Shown: piece by piece, positions 1 through 12,236 of the stretch
Layout of the letters: each line of letters begins with the position of its first letter
Position numbering within the stretch: the stretch's first letter is position 1
Source of the DNA: Amphiscolops sp. MND2022
Lineage: Eukaryota
Assembly (NCBI GenBank): GCA_964187785.1
Contig: OZ076410.1
Span: 47,058,001 to 47,122,000 of the forward strand
Direction: 5' to 3'
Length of the DNA: 64,000 bases
The notes under the pieces: generated by a model
What the model saw: the letters and a program-made list of their open reading frames with translations, nothing else
What the model was told of the DNA's origin: nothing
Databases searched by the model: none
Program-made: the position numbers and the translations under genes

Positions 1-3000
1 GTGTAGAGTTTTCTGTATTGTTTTCGTCACCCCTTTTGCACATTTTTAAATTTTGTTTGACGCTGAGATGCTATACATTTTCGCTTTCAAGCCGACGTAC
101 TCATCGATCACCACACCATTCATCTCATCCTTCATCTTCAGCACCTTTCTCTTGTTGCTATCGCTGTACAACGGGTGATCTTTTGGGTAGTCCGAAAAAT
201 CGAACACCTCTTGCATGGATTCAAAATCTTTGTATAAATCTTCAGTTTCAATAGCTAGTAAAAGCGAGTCTGTGTCTGAATACAAAAGTTTTGCCTGATC
301 ACCATACTTTGGTTTTATTGTTTCATACAAAAACCTATACATGACCAATTTTGATAAGTCCAAAACGGAAGCTCCGATGTAGGTTGGTTTATTCCAAGTT
401 ACTATTGTCTTGCTCATCAACACGGCGCAGAGGTCAGGATGAAATATTTTGAAAGATTTGAAATTCGGTTTGCTGATGTATTTTTGACACTGATCCTCAT
501 CGGTAAAAAGTTTAATGTTTTGTCGATTCATCAAATCTTCCATTGACTTGCCAAACACCGAGTTATTGAGCAGTTTCCCGAGATCTTTCAAACAATCGGT
601 TTTGGCTGTACGTCTGATGCTTGTATTGATGTCTATGTAGGTTTTCATCCAGGGGCTCTGTTCAAATTTTATTATTCGGTGAACTTTGGAAATGACAAGA
701 CCATGTCGCACGTAAAATTTCAATATCCTGTAGTGACAGACGTAAAACTGCTTCCCATGGAAGGTTTGTAATAGCTTCATAGTTCTGCCCGAGTCACAAC
801 TGGTTTCTGATTGCCACATTGATAGCATTTCTTTGGTGATTTCCATGTGATCTGGTGCCAAAGGGTAATCGTTATGTTGATCATGCAGCTCTGATGGGTA
901 TTCTAAGTCTAAAACCACGAAATAACCATGCGGAGAGCTGTCACTGGTCGCCAAAACGTCTTCGATTGATATTTTTACATCTGAGAAATTTCCTGAAGGT
1001 AAGTTTTCACACATAACTCCTCCATATAAATTGTTTGCGTCCAATAGGATTAACCACGTTGTCGGCTTTGTATCCTCATAGTTCTCACATCTTGGGTTAT
1101 TTGCTTGAAAGTAACGACTGTGGTAGACACCACACATGCCACCCCTTATTCCCCTCCTCACGATGTCTAGGTGATCCTTTTCGGCGAGTATATCTAGCTT
1201 CACTTTCGTAGTTTTCAGCATTGCGTTCCATGCGAAATGGGGGGCTGTTAAAAAGTGGGCTGGGTCTTGATTAAAGTGGTGGAAACACAATTTCCGGAAG
1301 TTTTCAAACACATCAGCCAAAGTAGTAACGTCTACTCGTAAATAAATATCGTGATACTCGCCTAGATTATGAATTTGAAGTGCATGCCACACGTCTTTGG
1401 CATGCTGGTAGTCGGATTCAGAGATTCGCTCATTGGTTAGAGTATTTATCCAAATATCCGGTAACTTAGTTTCGCTGAATTTCGTGAAAGAATCCACATA
1501 ACTATATGGATACACACCTTTCTGGAGAATAAGGTTTTCTTGTTCCTTTGTTAGATACGCAAAAATATGGTTAAACGAAGGAAATGGTAAAGAGTCAGCT
1601 TTCATGGTCTCTATGAGGCTGCTCAGAGATTTTGCTTGAAATCGGTAACTGTCAATGAATCGGAGCCTCTCGAATGTAGTTTTCCTTTCGTTGTTTTTGT
1701 TTTGAAATGTTCCCGTGGGTATCGATATTGAGAAGCTGATAAACTCTTCCGAGTTGTTGGCAATACAATCTAGTTTTTCGTCCTCCTCTCCACGTTGATA
1801 ATATCTCAGAATTTGTTTGAAGTCATATTTCGACCCATTATGGAAAACTATCGGGGTGAAATTTGTGGTTCTACATGATGAATTGCAGTTTTTATGGGCA
1901 ATACCACGGAATTCTCCATTCAGGTGATTGTGATCAATGACGCGATCTGACTCGAGAACTTCCCCGCAAATTGAGCAATGCGTAGCCTGCTCCAAAAGTT
2001 TTTCATCACCGTAATTTTTTCTATATATGGGGAACTTTCGTTTGCTTTTGTAAATAAATATCCTTGGCCCAGAGGCGCATTGTATCCAGGAATTGATTAA
2101 TACAATTTTCATTTCTGCTGAAAAAAGTTTTGCAGACCTTTCCTTCCCCATTCAGACAAATAGCAAAAATACCACAAGGTATTTGTTTTTCAATTTTCCG
2201 AGTGCTTGCCTTGTTTTGAGGCTCGTTCACTTTGGGGGTTATAGCTTCCATATCTGCATAAATGATAAATGGCACTCGCATGGTAGCGGAGAAATTTTTC
2301 CAAAACATCTGAGTGTTGGATTTCATCTTGATGCGACAGGGTTTTTCTGCACAAATCATTTTGTGATTTTCGAAGGAGTCTTGTCCATAACTACCACATA
2401 GACATTTGCGACAGTAAAATTGATTCTTCTTTTTTGTTTGTCTTCTCATGAAAGCTTGAAAATTCGTGATGAGACAGTAATGAAACTTACCATCTTCCTC
2501 CAGCAGTAGAAGATCAATAGGATAATAATCTTTATGAGATATACGGAGGGGGTAAACATCTTTGTCGATAGCAAAAACATTGATTGATAATTTGTTTTCA
2601 TCCTCAATTTTTTCAATGTCTTTCAGCTTCACAGGTGTTTCTACCTGAGACATATCAGGACCACTCAATGTTTTGTATACTCCTGGTCGGTTTCGATGTT
2701 TGCTGATCGTCAAATAGTGTTGGGCGGCCTTGATACAGAGTTCGAAACAATTGTTTGATTTTAAAGTTTTTATATTGAGGAGAAACTGGTTGTTGGCGAA
2801 CTTTCTTGGAGTTGGAATAAAGGTTCCAACTTTAATTGGTGTATGTTTTGCAAAGTTCAGGCCCAAGTTCAATATTTTTTTCACGGTCCATCCTGATCCA
2901 TGCTGGCAAAAGTTTTCGAACTTTTTCAATATCTGATGTTTCAAATCCGTGTAGATCGCAGGTGTAAGGCCATCGCTATAAAGCGTCTGCATTTTTGAAA

Positions 3001-3532
3001 TGAAACAAGTGTCTATTTCGATTTCCTTAGTGGGCTTGAAAAGTTTTACACAGAGAGAGAGTTGAAATTTAATGCTTGATTGAGTCTCCAAATCAGTCTG
3101 TACTAATGAAGATATACGTTCAAAATATTGGTCGAGGAAAGTTACTGGGTCTAAAATCAAAGCTTTTGGAGTGAATGATAAAACTTTCAAATAATTTTTT
3201 CTGGTACTTTCCACCAGTCGATAGTCGTCCTCTTCACAGCTTCGAGCCGTTTCGTTGTCTGCTGTCACTCGATGGACCTTTTGATTTTGTTTCACTTCGG
3301 TTTCGTTAACGAACTGCGAATCGCAACTGTTGAAGGAAATGCTCGAACGATGTAAACGTTTCTGATGACGTTTGAGAGCATGTCTTGTTGTGAAAGTTTG
3401 ATTACAAAGATTACAAATATAATTCATAGCTCGAGATGGTCCAATATTGTGTTTTTGTTTCAAATGCTTTGTTAAACTATTCTTCCATTTGTAACTTTTT
3501 GGACACAGCTCACAATTGAAATTTGAATTCAT
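1..3532 (-). pseudogene. Protein-primed family B DNA polymerase (Maverick/adintovirus type) with N-terminal C2H2 fingers and an endonuclease VII-like motif; frameshift plus premature stop
   Basis: ORF 2021-3532 has two C2H2 fingers, the GSGW motif and LNIK..NNCF. ORF 46-2151 has HCSICGE..DHNHLNGEFRGIAH.NCN, FHNGSKYD, RFIDSYRF, KGVYPY, DANNLYG, KLLNNSVFGK and YSDTDS. The two ORFs overlap in different frames at ~2021-2060. After the TAA at 46-48 the frame continues KCAKGVTKTIQKTLH to the window edge. Confidence 0.92.
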
Positions 3533-3981
3533 TTTATAATGGAAATGTTTTAATGACTTGCCGACTCGATTCTACTGCAGTTGAGAATTTTTGTAAATTC
3601 CGTTATAAAACTGCAATCCGCAACCAATCAGTTGGTACTTTGACCTGTATTTGAATCACATGTGGCGTCTAGACAGCTGTCTGAAACCACATATGGTGTC
3701 TAGACATCACCATACTTCTGCTTCTCACAATTTAACTTTGACCTTGAAATCTTTTGAAAATCAATCTGATTCAATTCAAAATGTCAATAATACTACAACT
3801 CAACTGGTTAGCTGTGTTAATTCATATTTATCGACTGTTTCAGCTACAGCAAGGTGAAATACCATAAAAGCTAATTAGGTAGTTAAAATTTAATTATCGT
3901 GAGTTTGATCCTTTTTAAATTATTGAGTTTGGTAATTTTTTAAATCTGAGCAAACTTGAATGCATTGCGTTGTTTGTGTGA

Positions 3982-4311
3982 TTAATCTTGCTCGGTCAAT
4001 TTTCTAGCTAGAGCGCAAACTCCATATTCACTACTGAACGCCGTACTGAGATCATAGCAGAGGGCGTGGAGATTGTCATTGTATGGCTGCACTTGGTCTC
4101 CAGTGACGTAGTACTGAACTGGGTTCACTGTTGCCGAACTGTTGAATCGCGGTATCACAAAATCCATGTTGGAGGCCCTGGAACAACCAGAAAGTACACG
4201 CTTTAATTGGTCAGTCATGGTGACCGTCCACACTCTGGCTGAACACAGTGAATCCCGAGCGGTTTGATGAATATAGGTTTCGTAAAACCCACTGAGATCT
4301 TTTCCCCACAT
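3982..4311 (-). CDS. Hypothetical ORF inside the Maverick arm
   Basis: 109-aa ORF co-oriented with and upstream of PolB. No recognisable motif. Confidence 0.25.
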   Translation of the reverse strand: MWGKDLSGFYETYIHQTARDSLCSARVWTVTMTDQLKRVLSGCSRASNMDFVIPRFNSSATVNPVQYYVTGDQVQPYNDNLHALCYDLSTAFSSEYGVCALARKLTEQD

Positions 4312-5902
4312 GAAAACTATGATGAATCTGAAACAAAGCAGTCTTTCAGCATATTCATGGAAAACAGGATTGAAGACGACTGTTTTCAGGTTTGAACTAC
4401 TGAATAAATCTTCGTTTCGCTACGATTATAAAACCTTGATGTTATTCCATATTTGATTTTTCACGTTTCCTAATTAAATGACTACGCTTCAACATAATTT
4501 TGTCAGAGTGCAATGAAATTAAACTAAATGTCAATTTTTGCTAGAATTGCAAATTGATTCCAGCTCACCAAAATTGGAAAAATCAAAAATTTAACTTACT
4601 CGATTTCTGGGGCGTTGTTCTGTGACAATATGAAGTCCTTCATGTTCGACAAAGTTGAGTGTTTGTGTATACTGGTGTTGGGATATTCAACATCAACTAC
4701 TTTTATTTGCTGTCCCAACGATGTAAATCCAAAGATCTTTGTATTTTGATTATTGAATATATCTGACATTTTTGTTGGTACTATCTCCTCGGATAATTTT
4801 GAACTGAATGATTGCTTCTACAGCTTTCCAAAGTTCCAGCAAACAGTCGAACTTCCCCAGATAGAATCAACCAATAGCTTAAATCAATCCAAAAAGTTGC
4901 TCCAAAATTGTTAGGTACTGTTGTTTCGTTCACTTTGGAATTCAGAATATTTTCTAACACCATCCAATATTACATTGACCGGTTTTACTTATTTCACTTT
5001 CAATTCATTTCCAATCCACTTTTCAAAAGCAAGTCGAAGCGATTCAGCAATATTTCCCAGTATCGAATTAACTGTCCTGTTTCCCATCTAATTGCATTCA
5101 GAATTTTCAAGCCGAAACAAATCATTTGTAAAGAAAATACTTCAGAGCGACGATATTATCTTATATTCATTCGTTATAAATGAAAGCGATTCGGAATTTC
5201 AACCACTTAAACTGAATGCTTGTCTCAGTTTTTGATCGTCGACCAGAATCAGAAAGCTAGGTATATTGAAAGAATTTTTTTTTGTTGGCAACAAAACAGT
5301 TAATTCAGATGCATTTTTCCAACTTCAAATGGTCTTCTCTGTACCTGAAAAAGACGTTCCACATAACAGCAGCTGAAATATACAGCAACAATTTAGTTTT
5401 GCTGGTATCAACGGAGAGCGGTGCAGACACTACGAAGGTCTTTGAGTATATGACTCCAGAGTGGATCGAGTTGACACTATACTTCCACCACCACAAAACA
5501 ATGAAGTCTGTGACAAGGAGGGAACGCATAAGATATCTGGTGTTCCGGAAACGCCTTTTAAACCTTTTTGTTCACCAAAAACCCCCTTTCATGGAGTGAT
5601 TTGTACATATCAATAGCAATGATCCTTATATGATTTGTGTTTTTATAGAAATTATCTTCTTTTATGATGAATGGTAAGAACGTATATTTTAATAATATCC
5701 TATAAATACCAGCACACTTCCAAGTACTATTTTGGCTCTGACAAGAACCTAAAGAATTACAACCGTAATGATAGTAAGTTAGTTACTTGGTTGGTTGGTA
5801 GCTTAGTTAGTTGTTGCTTGCTTGAAGAGGGATTGTTGACCACCGCCATTAGGCTACTGCCGTGATTAAAATCACCAAGTTAATAATAGCTTGCTACCCA
5901 AA

Positions 5903-6052
5903 AATGTCGGGTGGGGTCCACCATAAAAGAATATTCACCGCCGCTGTTTATTAAACACGTCGGCTATACACTTTTTATAACATTCACTCCACCAAGAATG
6001 TCGGTGGGATCCATCATAAAAGAAAATTCACCGCCGCTATTTAATAAACACG
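5903..6052. repeat. Imperfect tandem duplication, period ~94 bp, in the putative Maverick TIR
   Basis: AATGTCGG..GGGTCCACCATAAAAGAATATTCACCGCCGCTGTTTATTAAACACG (from 5903) recurs as AATGTCGGTGGGATCCATCATAAAAGAAAATTCACCGCCGCTATTTAATAAACACG (from 5997). Confidence 0.85.
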
Positions 6053-6414
6053 AGATTGCAAACACACTTTACTGTCAAAACCACTTGACAATTGTAAACA
6101 AAAACCACTTGAGAATTCAACTCACGCAAAGCAAACATATGGCTCGCATAAGCTCTGCTAAAATTAAAGTCAAATATGGAGGTCCTCGAATTTGGACACC
6201 ACCCAGCTTCCTTTTATGAAGGGGTCCTAAAAATTGGACCGCAAGGACCCCCCCCCCTGTTGAAAGGCAGGCGGGCTTTTTTTGGCTCAAAGTGCAAAAA
6301 GTGGTCTGTCCTTCCTGGTATTTATACTACTGGTTCGTCCTTTAGGACACGTTCAAAACCTGGTATACCAAGCGGTTCCATTTCTTCGATTTCACAAACT
6401 CGATACCAGTCACA

Positions 6415-6478
6415 TATGCGGTAAATATGTGGTTTATATGCGGTTTCTCAAATCTAGCAAAATATGCGGAATATGCGG
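6415..6478 (-). repeat. Cluster of four TATGCGG (= CCGCATA) motifs
   Basis: TATGCGG at 6415, 6437, 6463 and 6472. Resembles transposon subterminal repeats. Confidence 0.7.
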
Positions 6479-6917
6479 CGCATATAATTGAAATGTCTGG
6501 TTGATATAAATGATTCCACCACTATGTAGACCAAATGAGACAGAAATAACTAGCCAGTACATAACCTTGAAATTCTGCAAAGGATATAGATACCCATGAT
6601 TCTAGGACCTTTGACGCTTTTAGCTCTGAAAAATGACACGATTTAATGTGAAGGAAAAGTTTAAATGGGAATAAAGACAAATTGGACAAACTAGAACAAG
6701 AATAAATAAGGGACAGAAGTAATCAGCAGTTCAAAAGCGATATCGCGCATTCGAGTTTTTAATTCGGAATCAGCAGTTCCAGACAAAAAGTGAAAGAGCT
6801 CAGGACGAATTCCAACAGACAAAAGTTGACGAGACAACTTTTTCCTTCGTAACTGCATTCGGCTTTTGTCTTCAACTGAATGAAAAGCGATTCAGCCCAG
6901 ATAAAATAGATCCCATG

Positions 6918-9249
6918 TTAACGATCTCTGGCTTGGCTCCGCAGCAGCTCATAAGTCTGGTTCTTGATCCACTCCTTGGGATGCGGCTTATAAACTCCCT
7001 GAAATACACACGCCCATGAAGGAGCAAATGACAATTAAGGTTAGGTATAGCTTGATAACATGACTTGGGAATCGTTTTTCCACTACCTTGAAGTCGGGTT
7101 TCCTTGAAGTCGAGTTAAAAATTTTTGCAAGACAAATTTAGTAAAAATAGGCCCTTCCGGGGCTCAGTACTATTTCTGCTTTAATCTTTTTTTTTGAAAC
7201 AAAAAAAAATTCATTAATAAAAGAATCATATCTGGAATACCAATACACTCTTGTTTAATCATTATTTAGCGCACAATTACATGTAATCACTGTACGTACA
7301 AGTTTACACCGCATTTAATTCTTCTCGGACTAAAGAAAATATAACTACTAAGCGTAGACGAAGTTTCGCATTCGTATTTGAATGCAGGCGAAGCTCTCAA
7401 CGAACGAATAATTAACACTCATTCGCTTCATCTCAATAACTCGGGGCAACGAAAGCACAATTACGAACATTCGCTCGCTTCATCTCAATGACGTCAGCAT
7501 ACGAATGGATAATTACCACTCGCTCGTTCCATCGCACTAGAATTGAATTGTTGTCGGCAGCTTGAGAAATTTATTTCCCACGCTTACAGTCACTGCCGAA
7601 CAAAATATCTGAATTATTCAGTATCGTCCGAAAAATTGTACTGAAAAAAAGTAGAAAGTTTGAGGTTACAATAATATTCCTGCTAAAGCAGAAATATTAA
7701 AAACAGGCCCCACTGTGTGGGCACAGTATTATTTCTGCTTTACACTTTCATGTTTAATAATGAAATCATATCTGGAAAAACTATACACCCCTGTTTAATC
7801 ATTATATAGCGCACAATTACACTGTAATCACTGCACATGTTTAAACCAATTTACATTCGCATTTGAATGCAGGCGAAGCTCTCGGCGAATGAATACTGAA
7901 CACTCATTCGCTTCATCTCAATGAATTCGGCGTACGAATGCATAATTACAACTCGCTTTGAACATAAAGCATTTCAAATCATCTATGGACGTTCGGTGAA
8001 TTCCCAAATAACAAAAACAAAATTAGTTTCAAATAACATAAAAATGAAATGAGTTTGACTAAATATAAAATGAAATTGTTTACGAGAAAGTTTCAGTTGT
8101 CAAAAGCATTCACAATTCAAAAGATTCACAGAAAAAAGTGTGGAAATTACAGACAAAATTTTCTAAGTTCGATTGTTTAACCGGATATTCGGTTTTATTT
8201 TTATGTTATTTGAAACTAATTTCATTTTTATGTCATTTGAAACTAATTTTGTTTTCATGTTATTTGCTCTTATGTTATTTGGTACGTAATCGGACGTTCA
8301 TATGGAAGTTCAAACAGCAAGCAATTAAAGACGCCATTCATGATTACTGAAAGCTAGCGTTTCGGAATTTATATACTAATGCCGCATGCTATTGTAATGC
8401 CTAGTCGAGTTTGCTTGAACTTTTTATATTTTGCATGGAAACATGCATGCTTTTTTACAAAACATGGAAAATTCCGGGAGCCTGCATGGAAACATTTTGT
8501 AGGATTACAATTCAGCCTCCACTATTTGAATTAAAACAGAAAACATTTTCACTTCTTCACCACCGCGATCACTGTTTTCACGCGTAAGTTTCTCAAGTAA
8601 GTACCTTATGTAATCACCGTTAGTCAAATAGCACGCTGAATGTGACGCTACTTTGAAAGTTATAAAGTGACTGAAGTTATTTGCATTGAAATTGCGGTAA
8701 AATTGAAGGTCTCAGCTGCTTTCAAAATAAGAACTGCGTCTCAATGAAACCTACAAAATTTTGCAGGGCAGAATTGCCGTCAAATTTAGTATGCATCTTA
8801 TAGGCAGCTTAAAAAATCAAATCGAATCTGTGAAGTTTTAATGCATGGACGTTTATTTGAGAATTTTATAAAATCATGGAAAGTTAGCTTGGTAACCTAC
8901 AAAAACATGTAAAAAGTTCAAGCAGTTCCAAACATTAATGGCAGAATATTCAGGACTAGACGAAGAGGTTGTCTTTCATAACTTGAGCAGAGTGTCTTCT
9001 AACCTGGGATTTATTCATAACTAAACAACACAAATCCGGCAAAGCATCTATGAATTCAAACAACTCAGCGATGTCGTATGTGATGGTAGGTTGATCAGGG
9101 TTTGTGCGTTTTAGATGTTCTTCAAACATTTTGCAAATCCCCTCCAAAGCTTCATGAACACTTTCATAGTCTGCGAATGTCTTCGATTCTGGTCTTTTCA
9201 GTGGTTGCACCAAAAGAATAGTGTGACTTTTGTCATTTGATGGTACCAT
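6918..9249 (-). CDS. ERH: Enhancer of rudimentary homolog, paralog 1; two coding exons (9249-9004, 6998-6918), 2005-nt phase-0 intron
   Basis: Exon 1 is [30 protein letters not shown]...[11 protein letters not shown]. Donor CAG|GTTAGA at 9003; acceptor ATTTCAG|GGA at 6999/6998. Exon 2 is [26 protein letters not shown], which aligns without gaps to the ERH C-terminus. An acceptor-like TTTTTCCAG 8 nt before the ATG suggests a 5' UTR intron. Confidence 0.93.
7166..7960. repeat. Diverged direct duplication (~560-bp period) inside the ERH-1 intron
   Basis: CAGTA.TATTTCTGCTTT...ATCATATCTGGAA...TTTAATCATTAT.TAGCGCACAATTAC...TTTGAATGCAGGCGAAGCTCTC...CACTCATTCGCTTCATCTCAAT occurs at ~7166-7500 and ~7724-7960. 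A short inverted repeat AAAGCAGAAATA/TATTTCTGCTTT lies at ~7685-7741. Confidence 0.8.
7995..8280. mobile_element. AT-rich foldback/MITE-like inverted repeat in the ERH-1 intron
   Basis: AAAATTAGTTTCAAATAACATAAAAATGAAAT (~8018-8050) is mirrored by two tandem reverse-complement copies at ~8195-8250. No TSD defined. Confidence 0.55.
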
Positions 9250-11187
9250 GGTCACATCTGGAAAAATATCCCTTCCGGATGAAAAAAATTCCATTGATGG
9301 AGTGGTGATTGTCTATACAAAAGTTTTTGGCGCACAAGACGTCCGAAACGGCACCGGGACATCGTCCGCCCTGAACTACTTTGCCCTGAAGCAATGTTAT
9401 GTGAAATTTTGAGAATGCGTTCAAAAGTTGTACAAAAGGTTCAAAACAAAAAACATTTTTGTACTTTCAAATTGAATTTCAAGTATACCCACAAACATGC
9501 CCAAAAACTTTTTCTCCATTAAATTCGGTCGAAAAGCCTCTATTTTTGAGAATTGAAGTAGGGTGTGGCAATTGTTCATGATCAAAAACGGCGGTGATCA
9601 AATTTCAAATCAGATGAAAATATGGGAGGGAAATAAATTTAAATATGACCTCTCCACAGCCCCGAAATCAAAGGGAGTGTTTGGTTTCTCATGTACTGTC
9701 TGGCTGGTCTTTCCAGATTGGAAGTCAAATATTCGAGTGACTTTTCGTAGCTTTTTGCTAGACGAATTTTCCAGTCACATTTTTGTGAGTTTTTCGATCC
9801 CTCACTTCTAATCTCTTATAGGTTTGCTTTCTTGCAAAAAAATTGACAAGACCGGCTTTCAGGAAAAACAATTCGGGAAAGTTTTAGCTGCATACTTTTT
9901 CCGACGAAACAACTTAAAGAAATATGAGAAAATCAACTTTCTTCCAGTTCGAAGATTATAGGCGGAACTAGTTAAAACCTTTTTATCAGTTCGTTTGCAG
10001 TTTGAATTCTTTGATCTCGGAACTAAGGCTAGTAGATACGCCGGAAATGATTTAACTTCTGCTAGTCATACTCTGGGCATCATTTGGCATGCTTTTAGTG
10101 AAATTTGTCGAGAAAAAAGCTCTCGTTCCGAAGCTTACAGGAAAAAGGAATTGCGCATTCTACATTTAAAACATCAAAAAAGAGTGGGCCCTGGCAATTG
10201 CCGGTTTGATTGGTGATTAGGCTGATAAATTGGGCAAGCTAGATTTTTAAAAAAATCTAATTTGATACATTCAGAACAGAGTATGGAATGATTCTGTATT
10301 TACTGACGTCTTCGATCGTCTTTAATGTCAAATGGCCATGATTAAGTCATATTAAAGGGAAAATTCTCAGCGGAGCATGGAACAAGTTGAAAACTGAAGA
10401 ATATTCGCGGTGAAAATGAAAATATCTCATTTTTTCACAAATACATTTATTTCAAAGATTGCCGGTTTTTCAACAAAAGTGATTTTCTAGTGAGTTTCAC
10501 TATAAATATTTAAATGATATATAGAACAAAATAGAAGTCGAACAACGGCCCTACACTTGAAGTCAGGGTTACATCAATTAACAAACTGTTGAACCATTAA
10601 GGTTAAAATCGAAAATATAACTGCTTTTCACAGAGAAACCAGTCGAACAATTGATAGTTGAAACAAAATCCAGTTTTCCTCTTCAAATTTGTTTAATCTA
10701 AGAATTTCACAATAATTTTTAGTCCGAAAAAGAAATTGCTTGTTAATGCAGGTTTTTTACCTTATCGAAACTCATAGGGAACTGATAATTTCATTACTAC
10801 AAAGCTATTAATTTGCAACAGTTAAAACCACTTGAGCGTCAAAATGAATTAACCAACATCAAAATTTTTAACGCTCAAGTGATGGAACAACTGGTTAAAA
10901 CTTTTCAACAATGCAAAACTGCTCGAAATAACATCAAAAATAATGAAAACTGAACAAAACGAGAATATGCAATTATCATGAGTATGAAAAGGACAACAGA
11001 TTACGCTTAATGACGTAGCTTATGACAAGATATATTGCAGCTCGAAAACATTGAGTTATTCTCAAAAGTGAGAGAGATGGAGAAACTTCCCAGAATTAGA
11101 GTTCATGCGTTAGGTTTCACTTCACTACCTCTAGGAAAGTTGTGTCTGATGAGCCATAATTTCATGTGCAGATTCAAACGTCCTATT

Positions 11188-11529
11188 TCACTTTCCAGCT
11201 TGTTTCCGAAGCAATTCATACACTTGCGTTTTTATCCAATCTTTGTCGTATGGAGCGTAAAGGCCGTATTCTTTCTCCAGCAAGAGACAACTCAAATCTG
11301 GAAGTTGCTCTATGAAATCAAAAAGCTGAGAAATATCGTAGGTGATTGTGGGTTTCGTCGGATTTGTCCGTTTCAGATGTTCCTCGAATGTTTTACAAAT
11401 CCCTTCGAGTGCTTCATCCAGAGTTTCGTAATCCGAAAATGTTTTAGTGTCGGCAGATCTGCCTGTTTGGATAAGCAGTATCGTGTGGGAATTTGTATTC
11501 AGTCCCCGAGATTTCGTAGAGCGATTCAT
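11188..11529 (-). CDS. ERH: Enhancer of rudimentary homolog, paralog 2; intronless CDS, 113 aa
   Basis: SHTILLIQ...[25 protein letters not shown]...ITYDISQLFDFI..LPDLSCL...PYDKDWIKTQVYELLRKQAGK matches the ERH family end to end. Acceptor-like ACTTTTCAG 3 nt upstream of the ATG. Confidence 0.96.
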   Translation of the reverse strand: MNRSTKSRGLNTNSHTILLIQTGRSADTKTFSDYETLDEALEGICKTFEEHLKRTNPTKPTITYDISQLFDFIEQLPDLSCLLLEKEYGLYAPYDKDWIKTQVYELLRKQAGK

Positions 11530-12160
11530 GATCTGAAAAGTTTTCAGACGAGAAATTATGAATCATCTAATAATGTTTCAAAGAAAATAGACTTTTTCTG
11601 AAAAAAAGCAAGCCTAAAATGAAGCCAAATCAGCTACGCTCGAGTTCTGAAAACATGTTATAATGTTAGCAACTATATGGTGTTTTATAGTTCTCTTACG
11701 GCCAGAGTGGGTCTTATTCTTCTCTTTCAGATATTGTTTTGATGCGGTTCGTTGAAGAAATATCTCTACCGAAGCCTTCTATCTCTTCCGAGCGCCAAAA
11801 CAAAAAGGTTCAAGAAAAGTCAAGTGCATTCTGAGTATCACATATTCTTACTGAGCAGTATTCAAGTTAAATCTGATGACTCATATAGGTTTAAGTTTTG
11901 TTCTTATCTGAAAATACCAAATGTATCTACCTCATCAACAGGCGTCAGTTTATGGTCAACGTTTTATCATAGTTTAATTTTTCAGTTTCTAATTCTCCAT
12001 CAATCACATCATGGAATGTGGCACATGTTGTCGTCGGAAAACTCAGGAAGGAAACTTATCTAGCTCAAAATTCTCTATCAGATATCATGGATCTTCGTCA
12101 TCAATCAAGTGCCATGTGTATCATCATGTTGGGGGAGAAGACACACACCCGTGGTCTGCA

Positions 12161-12217
<57 letters not shown>

Positions 12218-12236
12218 GCTACTACTACTACTACTA
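12161..12236. repeat. (ACT)n microsatellite, ~25 units with one GCT interruption
   Basis: Read directly. It produces the poly-T, poly-L and poly-S ORFs in the track. Confidence 0.98.

Larger units (their letters stand above)
1..6331 (-). mobile_element. Maverick/Polinton-like element, right arm (left end outside window)
   Basis: Contains a pPolB pseudogene. A candidate terminus reads AGTAGTATAAATACC on the minus strand from 6331 (ACTACT at 6326-6331), matching the AGTAGT-type Polinton end. It is preceded by a GC-rich, repeat-containing TIR-like stretch (~5880-6331). The other end and the TSD cannot be seen. Confidence 0.6.

Noticed and set aside
4400-5700. Additional Maverick genes (several 60-105-aa ORFs)
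   Set aside because: No recognisable capsid, ATPase or integrase motifs; many stops in all frames.
8956-9003. ORF-track C-terminus [15 protein letters not shown] and N-terminus MEFFSSGRD for ERH-1
   Set aside because: Both are read-through into intron sequence; the true last exon is at 6918-6998.
11188-11529. ERH-2 as a processed retrocopy
   Set aside because: No poly(A) or TSD seen, it is in tandem with its paralog, and it keeps an acceptor-like site just before the ATG as ERH-1 does. Tandem duplication with intron gain or loss fits better.
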